A stretch of 64,000 nt of DNA from Candidatus Saccharimonadota bacterium (GTDB lineage: Bacteria; Patescibacteriota; Saccharimonadia; CAILAD01; BJGX01): the NCBI GenBank assembly GCA_016191105.1, contig JACPPH010000008.1:136951-200950 (forward strand), written 5' to 3'. Shown here piece after piece: positions 16,143 to 24,583 of this stretch. Under the pieces are notes generated by a model. The model had not been told where the DNA came from and made no database searches. It worked only from the letters and a program-made list of their open reading frames with translations. Made by a program: the position numbers and the translations under genes. Position 1 is the stretch's first letter. Every line of letters begins with the position of its first letter.

Positions 16143-17929
16143 GAAGATATTTTTGGTAAATCCGCCAGTAAATTATATGGCGGATTTAGTGTTATTTCAG
16201 ATATAGAGTCGTTTGCGGCTCGTAGGTTCGACACTAGCTCGTTGCAAATAGTATCTTGTTCCACTAAATCGTTTGTGTTGAGCAATGTTTTCAGATAAGA
16301 ATCAATGAGTTCGTAGAAATCTTGCTCGCTTGGTAAGCTAGTGCCTAGTCGCTCCAATTCTTGCTCACTAGTTTTTTTGTTGTGTTTAGCTATATCTACC
16401 AGTTTTTGGTAGTGTTCTAATTTGCCATTGTGATGTTTTTTATAATCTTCTGGGTGGTCAACCTGAAACTGTTGGTAACGCATATAATGCTGTGTATTCG
16501 TTCTAACGTCTTTTTTCGCATTACTTAACTTGCGTTTAGCAATAGCTATCTCCTGTGCATGCTTGCTTTTTAGACGTTCAATGTACAGCTGATATGCTTC
16601 TTTACTATTCTTCGTTAGATGTCGTAAAGTCCACTCAATAGCTGACGAAACATATTTGGCTCTAATACTCTTTTTGAGTTTGATACCTTTCTCTCGGTTT
16701 TCTTCTGCTTTATAACGTTGGCAGTTAGTATTCCTGCAATAAAAACTAATAACCCATCTCCCCTTATTTTTGCCCTTTTTAATAGGCTGATGTTGGAATT
16801 GCATTGGAAGATCGCAGTAATCACAAATAACCTTGCCCCTTAGTAGGCCATAACCTAGCTTTTTGGCGTTTACAGAGTTGCCCACGTGTTTTTCACCGTA
16901 ACTAGCTGCCGTACCCTTGTTAAGGGCAATATACTCGTCAGGCGTCATTAAAGGCAAGAAGTCATAAGTTTCTGCTAAATTGGTCAGGTTGTTACCATAT
17001 CTATATAGCCCAAAATAGAATGGGTCTTCAAATAAATCGCCCACCATTTGTTTATCCACTCGCACTACCTTATAAGGCTCGTCTTGATCTTTACGTTCGC
17101 TAAAGTAGGCAGAGTTTAAGAATTCGGCAACCTCTATATTGCTTTTACCCTCCTGTAATCGCATGATTACACTTTGTCTCAATAAATCCCAGTTATATCC
17201 ATCTGGAATAAAGTATCCTGTACTAGCATCAACATAATAGCCTTTTTTTGTTACGCCGTTATATTTACCTTCTTTAATATTGCCACTAGTACCACGCTTA
17301 ACATCCACAGACAACTTATCAGAATACTGTTTCGAAGTGGCAAATAGTATTCCTAGCATCATTTTGCCATTTGGATTGTTCTCAAATTGGTACGTTCTGA
17401 ACTGTAAATCCTGAATCTGCTCATGGTCTATCATTTCAATGACTTCGCCCGCTTCTTTCATATTCCTTGATATTCTGTCGGGCGACCACGAAATTAGACC
17501 ATGATACTTGCCAGTCTTAAATCCCATAATCATGTCGTCAAATATAGGCCGATTGCCTGAGATCTTGGCAGAAGCTGACTCTTCAAGTATATCTTCTTCT
17601 CGTATTGTAATACCTTGTGCTTCCGCTAGTTCAAGACACTCAGACCGTTGATCTTCTAATGATCTAACTTGTTTTGATTCGTCATCAGTTGATTTACGTA
17701 GATATAGTACATAACACCGCCTTTCTTTTGGGAGTATTCGTTTACTTCCTTCTTGCTCACGAGCAAAATACTCTGTTAACTGCTCAACTGTATGGCTACT
17801 CGCAGGTAAATTAAATACGTCAGGATTACCTTCCTTTTGCTTGGCAAGCCTTTTTTCAATTTCAACTACCTTGTCGCTCGGTAGGTATGCAATCTTGCGT
17901 CTTCGTGCTGGTTTTTTCTGATTAGCCAT
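16085..17929 (-). CDS. large serine recombinase (resolvase/invertase catalytic domain + recombinase domain + zinc ribbon)
   Basis: N-terminal YVLYLRKSTDDESKQVRSLEDQ...ISWSPDRISRN (catalytic Ser/Arg motifs), central recombinase domain, Cys-rich CDYCD...CRNTNC zinc ribbon. The last 19 codons read through the tRNA-Pro(TGG) 3' half on the opposite strand. Confidence 0.85.
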   Translation of the reverse strand: MANQKKPARRRKIAYLPSDKVVEIEKRLAKQKEGNPDVFNLPASSHTVEQLTEYFAREQEGSKRILPKERRCYVLYLRKSTDDESKQVRSLEDQRSECLELAEAQGITIREEDILEESASAKISGNRPIFDDMIMGFKTGKYHGLISWSPDRISRNMKEAGEVIEMIDHEQIQDLQFRTYQFENNPNGKMMLGILFATSKQYSDKLSVDVKRGTSGNIKEGKYNGVTKKGYYVDASTGYFIPDGYNWDLLRQSVIMRLQEGKSNIEVAEFLNSAYFSERKDQDEPYKVVRVDKQMVGDLFEDPFYFGLYRYGNNLTNLAETYDFLPLMTPDEYIALNKGTAASYGEKHVGNSVNAKKLGYGLLRGKVICDYCDLPMQFQHQPIKKGKNKGRWVISFYCRNTNCQRYKAEENREKGIKLKKSIRAKYVSSAIEWTLRHLTKNSKEAYQLYIERLKSKHAQEIAIAKRKLSNAKKDVRTNTQHYMRYQQFQVDHPEDYKKHHNGKLEHYQKLVDIAKHNKKTSEQELERLGTSLPSEQDFYELIDSYLKTLLNTNDLVEQDTICNELVSNLRAANDSISEITLNPPYNLLADLPKISSGRGERTRTFDLRVPNAAR

Positions 17930-18035
17930 TCACACCTCAATAATAGTTATTTTCTCACTAGATTACGAACCTATCAAATCCTAAGTGTGACTTATAGTCC
18001 GTAGACCCATAGTCTACTGCTAATCAAGATAGGGT

Positions 18036-18254
18036 ATGACAAAAACATACCCAGAGGTAGCCGCTCAGTTTGGTCAAAGGCTTAGAAAAATTCGTGAATC
18101 AAAGGGCATCTCACAAGAGAAATTAGCCAATGAATCTGGGCTTGATCGCACATATGTCTCTGGAATTGAAAGAGGCAGACGCAATCCGTCACTTATCAAT
18201 ATCTCAAAACTGGCTAAAGGTTTAAACGTAAAGATCACGGATCTATTTAATTAG
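18036..18254 (+). CDS. XRE-family helix-turn-helix transcriptional regulator
   Basis: LRKIRESKGISQEKLANESGLDRTYVSGIERGRRNPSL canonical HTH_3. Divergent from the recombinase. Confidence 0.8.
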   Translation: MTKTYPEVAAQFGQRLRKIRESKGISQEKLANESGLDRTYVSGIERGRRNPSLINISKLAKGLNVKITDLFN

Positions 18255-18426
18255 TGTATGCTTTTTATTGTGTGAGAAAACTACCCTCTGTGTATCATTT
18301 TATAGCGTCAATTAATTCTTCTAACCTGGCCTAATTTGAAGCTATTGAATCTTTTGTTTAGATATTGCATTATATTTAAGTGTGACTTATAATCTACGCA
18401 AGTTAAAAATTAAATCAGGAGTTACT

Positions 18427-18978
18427 ATGGCAACTAAGAAATCTAACAAGACAGCTATTATCGTTGTAATTGCGATCATTGTAGCGTTATTGGTAGTAGG
18501 TGGAGGAGCATACTATTTCATTTGGGGCAACAAGACCCAAGTTACAACAAATAACGGTACAGCAAGTGTAGAGAGTAACACAAATAAGAAACAACTTAAT
18601 GTAGAGCAAATACTTGCAAACGTAAAAGCAAAATATCCTACCGTAACAGAAGTAAAAATATACAGTGAACAAAATGACCCAAACAATCAGCTAGGTAAGC
18701 CAGGGTATTACATAGCGGGAGGTGCTTTTGCAGATTCACGAGCAGGCGGAATCTCAGATAGCAATTGGGGTGCAGAAGCGGGTGGAAGTATAGAAATATA
18801 TCAGACAGAAGCAGATGCAGCAAAGAGAACAGAATATCTAAAGCAGTTTCAAGGCAATGCTTTGCTAGACCCAGGGGCTTATAAGCAGATTGGTGTAGTG
18901 ATTGTAAGAGCATCTAGCAAATTAACTGCTTCACAGCAGGCTGAGATTGTAGATTATCTTGCCAGCCAAGTGCAGTAA
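18427..18978 (+). CDS. membrane-anchored secreted protein of unknown function (island cargo)
   Basis: RBS AGGAG upstream of the ATG at 18427, N-terminal TM/signal peptide, Asn/Gly-rich mature part. Confidence 0.45.
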   Translation: MATKKSNKTAIIVVIAIIVALLVVGGGAYYFIWGNKTQVTTNNGTASVESNTNKKQLNVEQILANVKAKYPTVTEVKIYSEQNDPNNQLGKPGYYIAGGAFADSRAGGISDSNWGAEAGGSIEIYQTEADAAKRTEYLKQFQGNALLDPGAYKQIGVVIVRASSKLTASQQAEIVDYLASQVQ

Positions 18979-19016
18979 TGGTTCAATAGACCAAGATATT
19001 TAATTAGGAAAAACAA

Positions 19017-19655
19017 TTGGGATTTAAGGATCTAACGTCAAAGGCAAAAGCGAAGTGGGACGCTTACAACGAAGCTGCTAAGCAAAGAGCGGAAGAAGCA
19101 AGGAAAGAGCATGAAGCACAAGTAAAAGCAGAGAACGAACGCCGTGAAGCGGTTTTGTCTGGGAAACTTACACCCATTTCATTTCAAGGCTTAAGTTTAG
19201 ATGATGGTGAGACAGCTTATTATGGTGTTGGCGTAATAAGGTTTGCTGACAGAGAGTATGTTACTGAAGTCACAACTGGCAAAAGTAAGAAGAAACATGT
19301 CGTTAGTAGAGGTTTAGTTGGTGGTGTGCTTTTAGGCCCTGTTGGGCTGGTCGCAGGTGCGGCCACAGCAGGCAGTAAACACAACTCCAAAACCACCCAA
19401 CAAACCGATATACGCACCGAAGAAATAGACAGAGGGTCATTTTACTTAACAAATAAGAGACTATTGTTTGTAGGGTCAGAGATATTGTCACTCCCATACT
19501 CTAATATCTTAGCTTTTAGCGTAGAAAGTAATAAGTTGTATTTGAAGTACCCTGAAATGCAGCGAAATGAGTACTTTCAAGTTACAGATAACAACAACGA
19601 GCTTGATTTATACTATCAAGGTGTACAAAAATCGCTCGATAGTAGCAACAAATAG
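19017..19655 (+). CDS. hypothetical protein with PH-like (bPH/GRAM-like) C-terminal domain (island cargo)
   Basis: TTG start in the ORF track. Coiled-coil N-terminus and a YYGVGVIRF...GSFYLTNKRLLFVGSEILSLPYSNILAF pattern like bacterial PH domains. Confidence 0.4.
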   Translation: MGFKDLTSKAKAKWDAYNEAAKQRAEEARKEHEAQVKAENERREAVLSGKLTPISFQGLSLDDGETAYYGVGVIRFADREYVTEVTTGKSKKKHVVSRGLVGGVLLGPVGLVAGAATAGSKHNSKTTQQTDIRTEEIDRGSFYLTNKRLLFVGSEILSLPYSNILAFSVESNKLYLKYPEMQRNEYFQVTDNNNELDLYYQGVQKSLDSSNK

Positions 19656-19682
19656 TATAACTGGTCAATTACTGGTAAACAT

Positions 19683-20072
19683 TTAGGCAGCCCAGCTGTG
19701 GCCAAGGCTGTCTAGCTTCAAGTTATCACTTGTAAACATTATGGGTTCTTCTTCTTTGGCTAGACTATCAGATAGCTTAATAGCTAACTCTATCAATTTG
19801 CTAGTTGATACTTCTGATAAGTCTCTGTTACCTAATTCATCTCTAATAGCTGTCAATTGAGTCCCTAAAACCATCACTCTATGTCTTTTTGTAGCAAGGT
19901 ACTGATCACGTAGCGATTCTAGTTCAATCGCTTTATAATTTGCTAATTCACTTTCTAGTTCATCGCTCCATTTGATTAGGGTGGGTTTGCTTACTCCAAT
20001 AGATTCAGCAATACTGTTGTAGCTATTGCCTTTGGCTCTTAGCTCAATAAACTGCTGTTTCTTCTCATTCAT
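19683..20072 (-). CDS. HTH-domain protein (resolvase/terminase-small-subunit-like HTH; possible recombination directionality or regulatory factor)
   Basis: FIELRAKGNSYNSIAESIGVSKPTLIKWSDELE HTH motif, then a coiled coil. Confidence 0.45.
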   Translation of the reverse strand: MNEKKQQFIELRAKGNSYNSIAESIGVSKPTLIKWSDELESELANYKAIELESLRDQYLATKRHRVMVLGTQLTAIRDELGNRDLSEVSTSKLIELAIKLSDSLAKEEEPIMFTSDNLKLDSLGHSWAA

Positions 20073-20092
20073 AGGTTCTACAAACTTCTGGC

Positions 20093-20446
20093 TTAGAGAA
20101 AATTATTACCAGCCTGAGCATTGTGGCGTTCCACAGCCTGTCTATTTTTTTCTTCCTCTTCTTTAGTCCAGTAGTTTATCTTAAGACCAAATACAACACG
20201 ACTTACGGTGGCATTCTTGTTTTCTTTGCTTATATCGCCACCGCCTTCAATGAATTCCAGCACTTTAATACCAGCTTTGCCTGATTTTTTGTCTGAATGT
20301 TCTGCTGATACTGCTATATCAAACTCAATAGTGCGTGCATTGTCTTTCTCAGAAAACTGAATATCTCTTGATGTCTCTGTTCTAGCTTCATCAACAGCAG
20401 CATTGATCTGAGTTAAAACATCTTTCACAAAATCTTTTAAATTCAT
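20093..20446 (-). CDS. hypothetical protein (island cargo)
   Basis: 117-aa ORF. Its ATG overlaps the stop of an upstream 58-aa ORF (ATGA), suggesting translational coupling. Confidence 0.4.
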   Translation of the reverse strand: MNLKDFVKDVLTQINAAVDEARTETSRDIQFSEKDNARTIEFDIAVSAEHSDKKSGKAGIKVLEFIEGGGDISKENKNATVSRVVFGLKINYWTKEEEEKNRQAVERHNAQAGNNFL

Positions 20447-20619
20447 TGCTCTGTATCCTGTTTATTCTGTACAGATTGGCTTATATCAGGTGTTTGTGGC
20501 TTAAATTCTTCAATATGAACTCTACCATCTGGTGCAATAAATGGCCTATCTTCCCAATTAGTCGTGTCTGAGGGCGACGCTTGAGGTGGCAGTGGTTGTT
20601 CTTGAGGTTTATCTTCCAT
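20443..20619 (-). CDS. small hypothetical protein (58 aa), translationally coupled to the downstream gene
   Basis: ORF MEDKPQEQPLPPQASPSDTTNWEDRPFIAPDGRVHIEEFKPQTPDISQSVQNKQDTEQ, below the ORF-track size cutoff. Stop TGA overlaps the next ATG. Confidence 0.25.
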   Translation of the reverse strand: MEDKPQEQPLPPQASPSDTTNWEDRPFIAPDGRVHIEEFKPQTPDISQSVQNKQDTEQ

Positions 20620-20803
20620 AATTACATTATAGCAAGAATGTAGTTTCTAAGGCTCTACTAGGCTTTACCAGGTTATCAAGCTGTTGTTTTAGATGTTCTA
20701 ATTGATTATTGAGTAACCTATAATTGAGTAGAAGGGTATACAGGGCATCTAAGTTAGGTTCGATTTGAGTATGCATACCCCGACCACGTCATAATACCGC
20801 TTC

Positions 20804-20843
20804 AACACAAAAAGTGATTTCAACTGAAATCACTTTTGTTGTT
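20804..20843. repeat. perfect ~16-bp-stem inverted repeat (acaaaaagtgatttca / tgaaatcacttttgt)
   Basis: Seen directly; in the island's intergenic region. Confidence 0.6.
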
Positions 20844-20857
20844 TGTGCAGCATTTTT

Positions 20858-20896
20858 ACTCTTCAATTGAAAACAGTATAGTTTTCAATTGAAGAG
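20858..20896. repeat. perfect ~16-bp-stem inverted repeat (ctcttcaattgaaaac / gttttcaattgaagag)
   Basis: Seen directly; 15 nt from the previous IR. Confidence 0.6.
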
Positions 20897-20917
20897 CAGC
20901 AGTGATAAAATTAGATT

Positions 20918-21139
20918 ATGGATCTGAACTTATTTGTACAGCAAAATCTGTGGTGGCTGTTGCTTCTAACCGCCTGGAGTTTGGGCTGGAAAGGTTGGGC
21001 TCTTTGGCGGGCAGCCAAACTGGATCAAAAAGCTTGGTTTGTGGTTTTTATGATTGTTAACACCCTTGGAATTTTAGAAGTTTTTTATGTCTTCTATTTT
21101 TCCAAGCAAAAAACCGCTACAAAAACTGCCTCTAAATAA
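20918..21139 (+). CDS. small two-TM membrane protein (island cargo)
   Basis: 73 aa with two hydrophobic helices (LWWLLLLTAWSLGW / FVVFMIVNTLGILEVFYVFYF). Confidence 0.4.
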   Translation: MDLNLFVQQNLWWLLLLTAWSLGWKGWALWRAAKLDQKAWFVVFMIVNTLGILEVFYVFYFSKQKTATKTASK

Positions 21140-21413
21140 TGCGGTCGTTAGATCAGATTAGAGCCGATATAGACGTTGTCGATAAAGCACTCATCAATGA
21201 TTTGAAGCGGCGTTTTGAACTAACTCATGAGACCGGCGTATACAAGAAGACTCATAACTTACCAAGCCTAGATAATACCAGGTATCAAAAATGTTAGTGG
21301 CCAGAAATGAAGCAGCCAAGGCCGCTGGGCTACCCGAGGACTTAGCTATAGAAGTCTTTGGTCTAATTCACAAATATTCTGTACTAGAACAAGATAAGCT
21401 AAAATAGCCATTG

Positions 21414-21490
21414 CGGGGTGTGGCGCAGCCTGGTAGCGCGCAGCGTTCGGGACGCTGAGGTCGCCGGTTCAAGTCCGGCCACCCCGACCA
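21414..21490 (+). tRNA. tRNA-Pro (anticodon CGG), C1:G72, CCA encoded
   Basis: CGGGGTG-TG-GCGC AGCCTGGTA GCGC-G-CAGCG TTCGGGA CGCTG-AGGTC-GCCGG TTCAAGT CCGGC-CACCCCG-A-CCA. Confidence 0.85.
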
Positions 21491-21582
21491 ATCTAAGTTC
21501 ATCACTTGCTTAATTTAACTTGGCCAAGAGTTGCGTGATCTGAATCGGCGCGCCGGTTAGCCAGAATTGTATATCTGGCGCT

Positions 21583-21602
21583 GTCCGGCCACCCCGACCA
21601 AT
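21583..21602 (+). repeat. 20-nt direct repeat of the tRNA-Pro(CGG) 3' end (gtccggccaccccgaccaat), att-like remnant
   Basis: Exact copy of 21473-21492, located 93 nt downstream of the tRNA. Confidence 0.6.
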
Positions 21603-21652
21603 AGATTACTATAGACTCAGCAAAAACCAGCGTTTAAGTTATACTTGTTTGT

Positions 21653-22324
21653 ATGAATAAGCACGACAATAAGTCACTAGATCTGAGACGCAAGCCAGCT
21701 AACGATCGAAAAGAAGCAAAGCAAAACACTGCCACTATTGGCCAGACGAAAAAACCCGGCTTTTTAAAACGAAACAAAAGACTTCTGCTTGTATTACTAG
21801 CAATTGTATTAATAGGCATTGCTATATATGTACTGTTTCTATTGCTGTGGCCAAAAGTTCAAAAGAAGAGTGCTAAAGAAATTTATAGTAGTGCGCAACA
21901 GGCTACTTCGGATACCGATATGGTCTTTATTCCATCGGCAGGAATTCAAGCCGAAATAGCCGAGGGCGGTGCAGACCAGCTCGATCGCGGCAAGGCCTGG
22001 CATAGGTTCCCAGATCGCGGCGACCCCCAAAAAGGTGGCAACTTTATTATTACTGGCCATAGCTTTGTGTGGGGCTATTCTCCGGGCGAAACCTCCAAGA
22101 AATCAATATTCTATAGTTTGGGTGATGCTAAGCCGGGCGACGAGGTGATTGTAAGGTGGAACAAGCAAATGTATAACTACACTATAACCGACAAACAAAC
22201 CGTTAAACCTACCGAGGTGGCAATTGAAGCTGCCAGCAAGATACCCCAACTAACTATCTATACCTGTACTCAAGGGGGCACAGCCGATGGGCGAATAGTG
22301 CTGGTTGCAAAATCAAAAAGCTAG
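21653..22324 (+). CDS. sortase (class E-like transpeptidase)
   Basis: N-terminal TM anchor, His in IITGHS, TLxTC-type motif LTIYTCTQ, Arg downstream. An LAQTG substrate is encoded 2 kb downstream. Confidence 0.8.
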   Translation: MNKHDNKSLDLRRKPANDRKEAKQNTATIGQTKKPGFLKRNKRLLLVLLAIVLIGIAIYVLFLLLWPKVQKKSAKEIYSSAQQATSDTDMVFIPSAGIQAEIAEGGADQLDRGKAWHRFPDRGDPQKGGNFIITGHSFVWGYSPGETSKKSIFYSLGDAKPGDEVIVRWNKQMYNYTITDKQTVKPTEVAIEAASKIPQLTIYTCTQGGTADGRIVLVAKSKS

Positions 22325-22376
22325 CGCCTTGTAGCTTTTATGTCTATCTGATAAGCTATAAAAAAACTTATGGTTT

Positions 22377-24227
22377 ATGGTGGTAAGAAAACTGATACAA
22401 ATATTTGGCCTAGCTCTAACCAGTTTATTGGTGCTGGCTTTTTTTGCAACCAAAGCCCAGGCTGCAACCTTTACGGTTGATAGTGTAGACGATGGCGGCA
22501 ACACGGGTGGGCCGGGTGTTTGCGACGATGGTGGTGGCAAGTGCACGCTGCGCGCGGCTATAGAGGCAGCCAACACTACAGCTGGAGCCGATGTAATTAA
22601 TTTTGCTATTCCTGGTGGTGGGGGTGTAAACACCATTACACCGGCCCTGCCATACGAAATAACAGAACAGGTTACAATCGATGGCTCCACTCAAACTGGT
22701 GCGAGTTGTGGCACATTAGTGCCAGCTAGCTTGCCGGCGAGTTCAAACACCCCACACGTACTTAAGATTGAAATCGATGGTTCGGGCATGGGTACTGGGT
22801 CGGGCTTAGAGCTAAGCTCTGGCTCTGACGGCTCGGTAATACGTGGGTTGGTTGTGAACGATGCGCAGTCTCGGCCAGAAATCCAGATAAATGCCAACAG
22901 TGTTACGGTTGAGTGTAACTATATAGGCACAAATGTTAGTGGAACTGCGGCTGGCGCCAGTAATACCGGCAGCGGACTCGAAGCTAGTGGTGCCTCATTG
23001 ACAATTCAAAATAATCTAATTTCTGCGAATGAGGGTAGAGGAATGTATGTGTCGGCATATTCACCTGGTTCGTTGGTGGCAAACAATTTAGTTGGCGTAA
23101 CGGCCAACGGGCTAGGCGCACTTGCCAATATGGGCTCTGGCATTGTAGCTAGCCAATATACAACCGTTAGCCATAATATTGTTAGCGGTAATACAACAGA
23201 TGGGATATTTATACAGGGCTACTTCAACCGCATAACTGATAGCTACATTGGGTTGAGTATGAATGGCTCGGCGCTGGGCAATGGCGGTAGCGGCATAAAT
23301 ACCGACAGAACCAGTAACGATTACCGCATTGGCGGCTCATCGGCTGGCGAGGGCAACATAATTTCGGCCAATGCCAATAATGGCATTTCTATTCGAAGCC
23401 AGTCTGGTATTGCGTGTCCAGCGAATCAGATTTCCTACATCTTTGGCAATAAGATTGGTACGAACGTAAGCGGTGAAGCACAGTCTGGTTATGGCAACGG
23501 TGGCTCGGGCATATCTGCCAGCGAAACTGTTGGCGGCAGCTGTGTTACAAGTGTATATAAACACCAGATAGGCGGTGGCAACTCTGGAGAAGGTAATGTT
23601 ATAGCTGGCAACGCTCAGGACGGCGTACGGGTGTATGAATATAATAACCCAGAAGATGATACTGATCATACTGATGTTTTCAGCATCTCGGTGGTGCAAA
23701 ATAGTATTTTTGGCAACGGCAACCTAGGCATAAACCTGGCGTCGGCCAGTGATCCGTTCAACGACGTTGCAAATGTTGATTTAGGGCCAAATAGTCTAAA
23801 TAGCTTCTTGATTGACTACCCAGCCAGCCGTGCCAACAACTATCTAAATAGCCCAATCATAAACTCACTCAGTACAAGCGGAAACAATATTACGGTTAAC
23901 TACAGTTTTCAGGCACCGCCCAGAGTAGTAGAGAACCCCAACTTTCTGCTGGCTTCAAACCTGGTCGGCTATAGGCTCGACTTTTACCTGAATAACGGCA
24001 CTCAAGACGGTGCCTATTCGGGTTATTCACAGGGCAAAACTCACCTGGGCAGCTTTGTTGTAAACGGCTCGGAGGCAGGGGCAACGCATACGTTTACTAG
24101 CCCGGTTGCGCTAAACCCAAATCAAAACATTACAGCCACTGCAACTATATTGTGGCAAGTCCAGAATTGTTCTGGCCAGCAAGATCAAAATGGTGCTGGA
24201 CCACCCTATGGCGGCTGTGGGGGTTAA
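22377..24227 (+). CDS. secreted CSLREA-domain protein with parallel beta-helix repeats (paralog 1)
   Basis: Signal peptide, then FTVDSVDDGGNTGGPGVCDDGGGKCTLRAAIEAANTTAGADVINFAIPGGGG (CSLREA-type motif C-T-L-R-A-A-I-E-A-A-N), then many N-x-I/V-x-G-N beta-helix repeats. Cys-containing C-terminus. Confidence 0.6.
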   Translation: MVVRKLIQIFGLALTSLLVLAFFATKAQAATFTVDSVDDGGNTGGPGVCDDGGGKCTLRAAIEAANTTAGADVINFAIPGGGGVNTITPALPYEITEQVTIDGSTQTGASCGTLVPASLPASSNTPHVLKIEIDGSGMGTGSGLELSSGSDGSVIRGLVVNDAQSRPEIQINANSVTVECNYIGTNVSGTAAGASNTGSGLEASGASLTIQNNLISANEGRGMYVSAYSPGSLVANNLVGVTANGLGALANMGSGIVASQYTTVSHNIVSGNTTDGIFIQGYFNRITDSYIGLSMNGSALGNGGSGINTDRTSNDYRIGGSSAGEGNIISANANNGISIRSQSGIACPANQISYIFGNKIGTNVSGEAQSGYGNGGSGISASETVGGSCVTSVYKHQIGGGNSGEGNVIAGNAQDGVRVYEYNNPEDDTDHTDVFSISVVQNSIFGNGNLGINLASASDPFNDVANVDLGPNSLNSFLIDYPASRANNYLNSPIINSLSTSGNNITVNYSFQAPPRVVENPNFLLASNLVGYRLDFYLNNGTQDGAYSGYSQGKTHLGSFVVNGSEAGATHTFTSPVALNPNQNITATATILWQVQNCSGQQDQNGAGPPYGGCGG

Positions 24228-24253
24228 TAGAAAATAAGCTAAGGAGTAAGGAT

Positions 24254-24583
24254 ATGAAAACAAATCAACAATTAGATTCAAAAAAACTATTAGTGCTAGT
24301 TTTGCTGGGGGTTGCGACTACATTGCTAGCATTGGAGCTTACGGCTTTGCCAGCTAGGGCACAAGAAATTAATCCAGACCCAGGCACCTACAGCTATGGC
24401 TCGACCTCGGAGTTTTCGCCCTATGTGTCGCTAAGCGCTTCGGGGAACAGCTCTTTGGCTCAAACAGGATCTGACCAGTTGGTCGGGTATTTGGCAGCCG
24501 GTTTGCTGGCGTTAGGTGCTAGCGTGGCGCTGTACTTGTCGCGTAAACCAGGAGTTAGGGCAGCCAAAAATGTTAAAACGTAG
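24254..24583 (+). CDS. small sortase-substrate surface protein (LAQTG sorting signal + TM + basic tail)
   Basis: RBS AAGGAG 6 nt upstream of the ATG at 24254, signal peptide, and C-terminal SLAQTGSDQLVGYLAAGLLALGASVALYLSRK. Confidence 0.6.
   Translation: MKTNQQLDSKKLLVLVLLGVATTLLALELTALPARAQEINPDPGTYSYGSTSEFSPYVSLSASGNSSLAQTGSDQLVGYLAAGLLALGASVALYLSRKPGVRAAKNVKT

Larger units (their letters stand above)
16143..21413. mobile_element. putative integrated element (about 5.3 kb, AT-rich) between tRNA-Pro(TGG) and tRNA-Pro(CGG), carrying a large serine recombinase
   Basis: Bounded by two tRNA-Pro genes. Recombinase gene abuts/overlaps the tRNA 3' end. Base composition is visibly AT-richer than the flanks, and the cargo is small hypothetical genes plus an XRE regulator. 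Confidence 0.5.

Noticed and set aside
14000-16206. ORFs 14000-14200 (-), 15647-15853 (-) and 15955-16206 (+)
   Set aside because: They overlap tRNA genes and the conserved tRNA-flank modules. No RBS and tRNA-derived codon composition.
22313-22690. Minus-strand ORF (125 aa), and its twin at 24512-24826 (104 aa), sharing the peptide MVFTPPPPG...AKLITSAPAVVLAASIAARSVHLPPPSSQTPGPP
   Set aside because: Both are the antisense frames of the 100%-conserved N-terminal tract of the two CSLREA genes. The similarity is a by-product of the sense-strand conservation.
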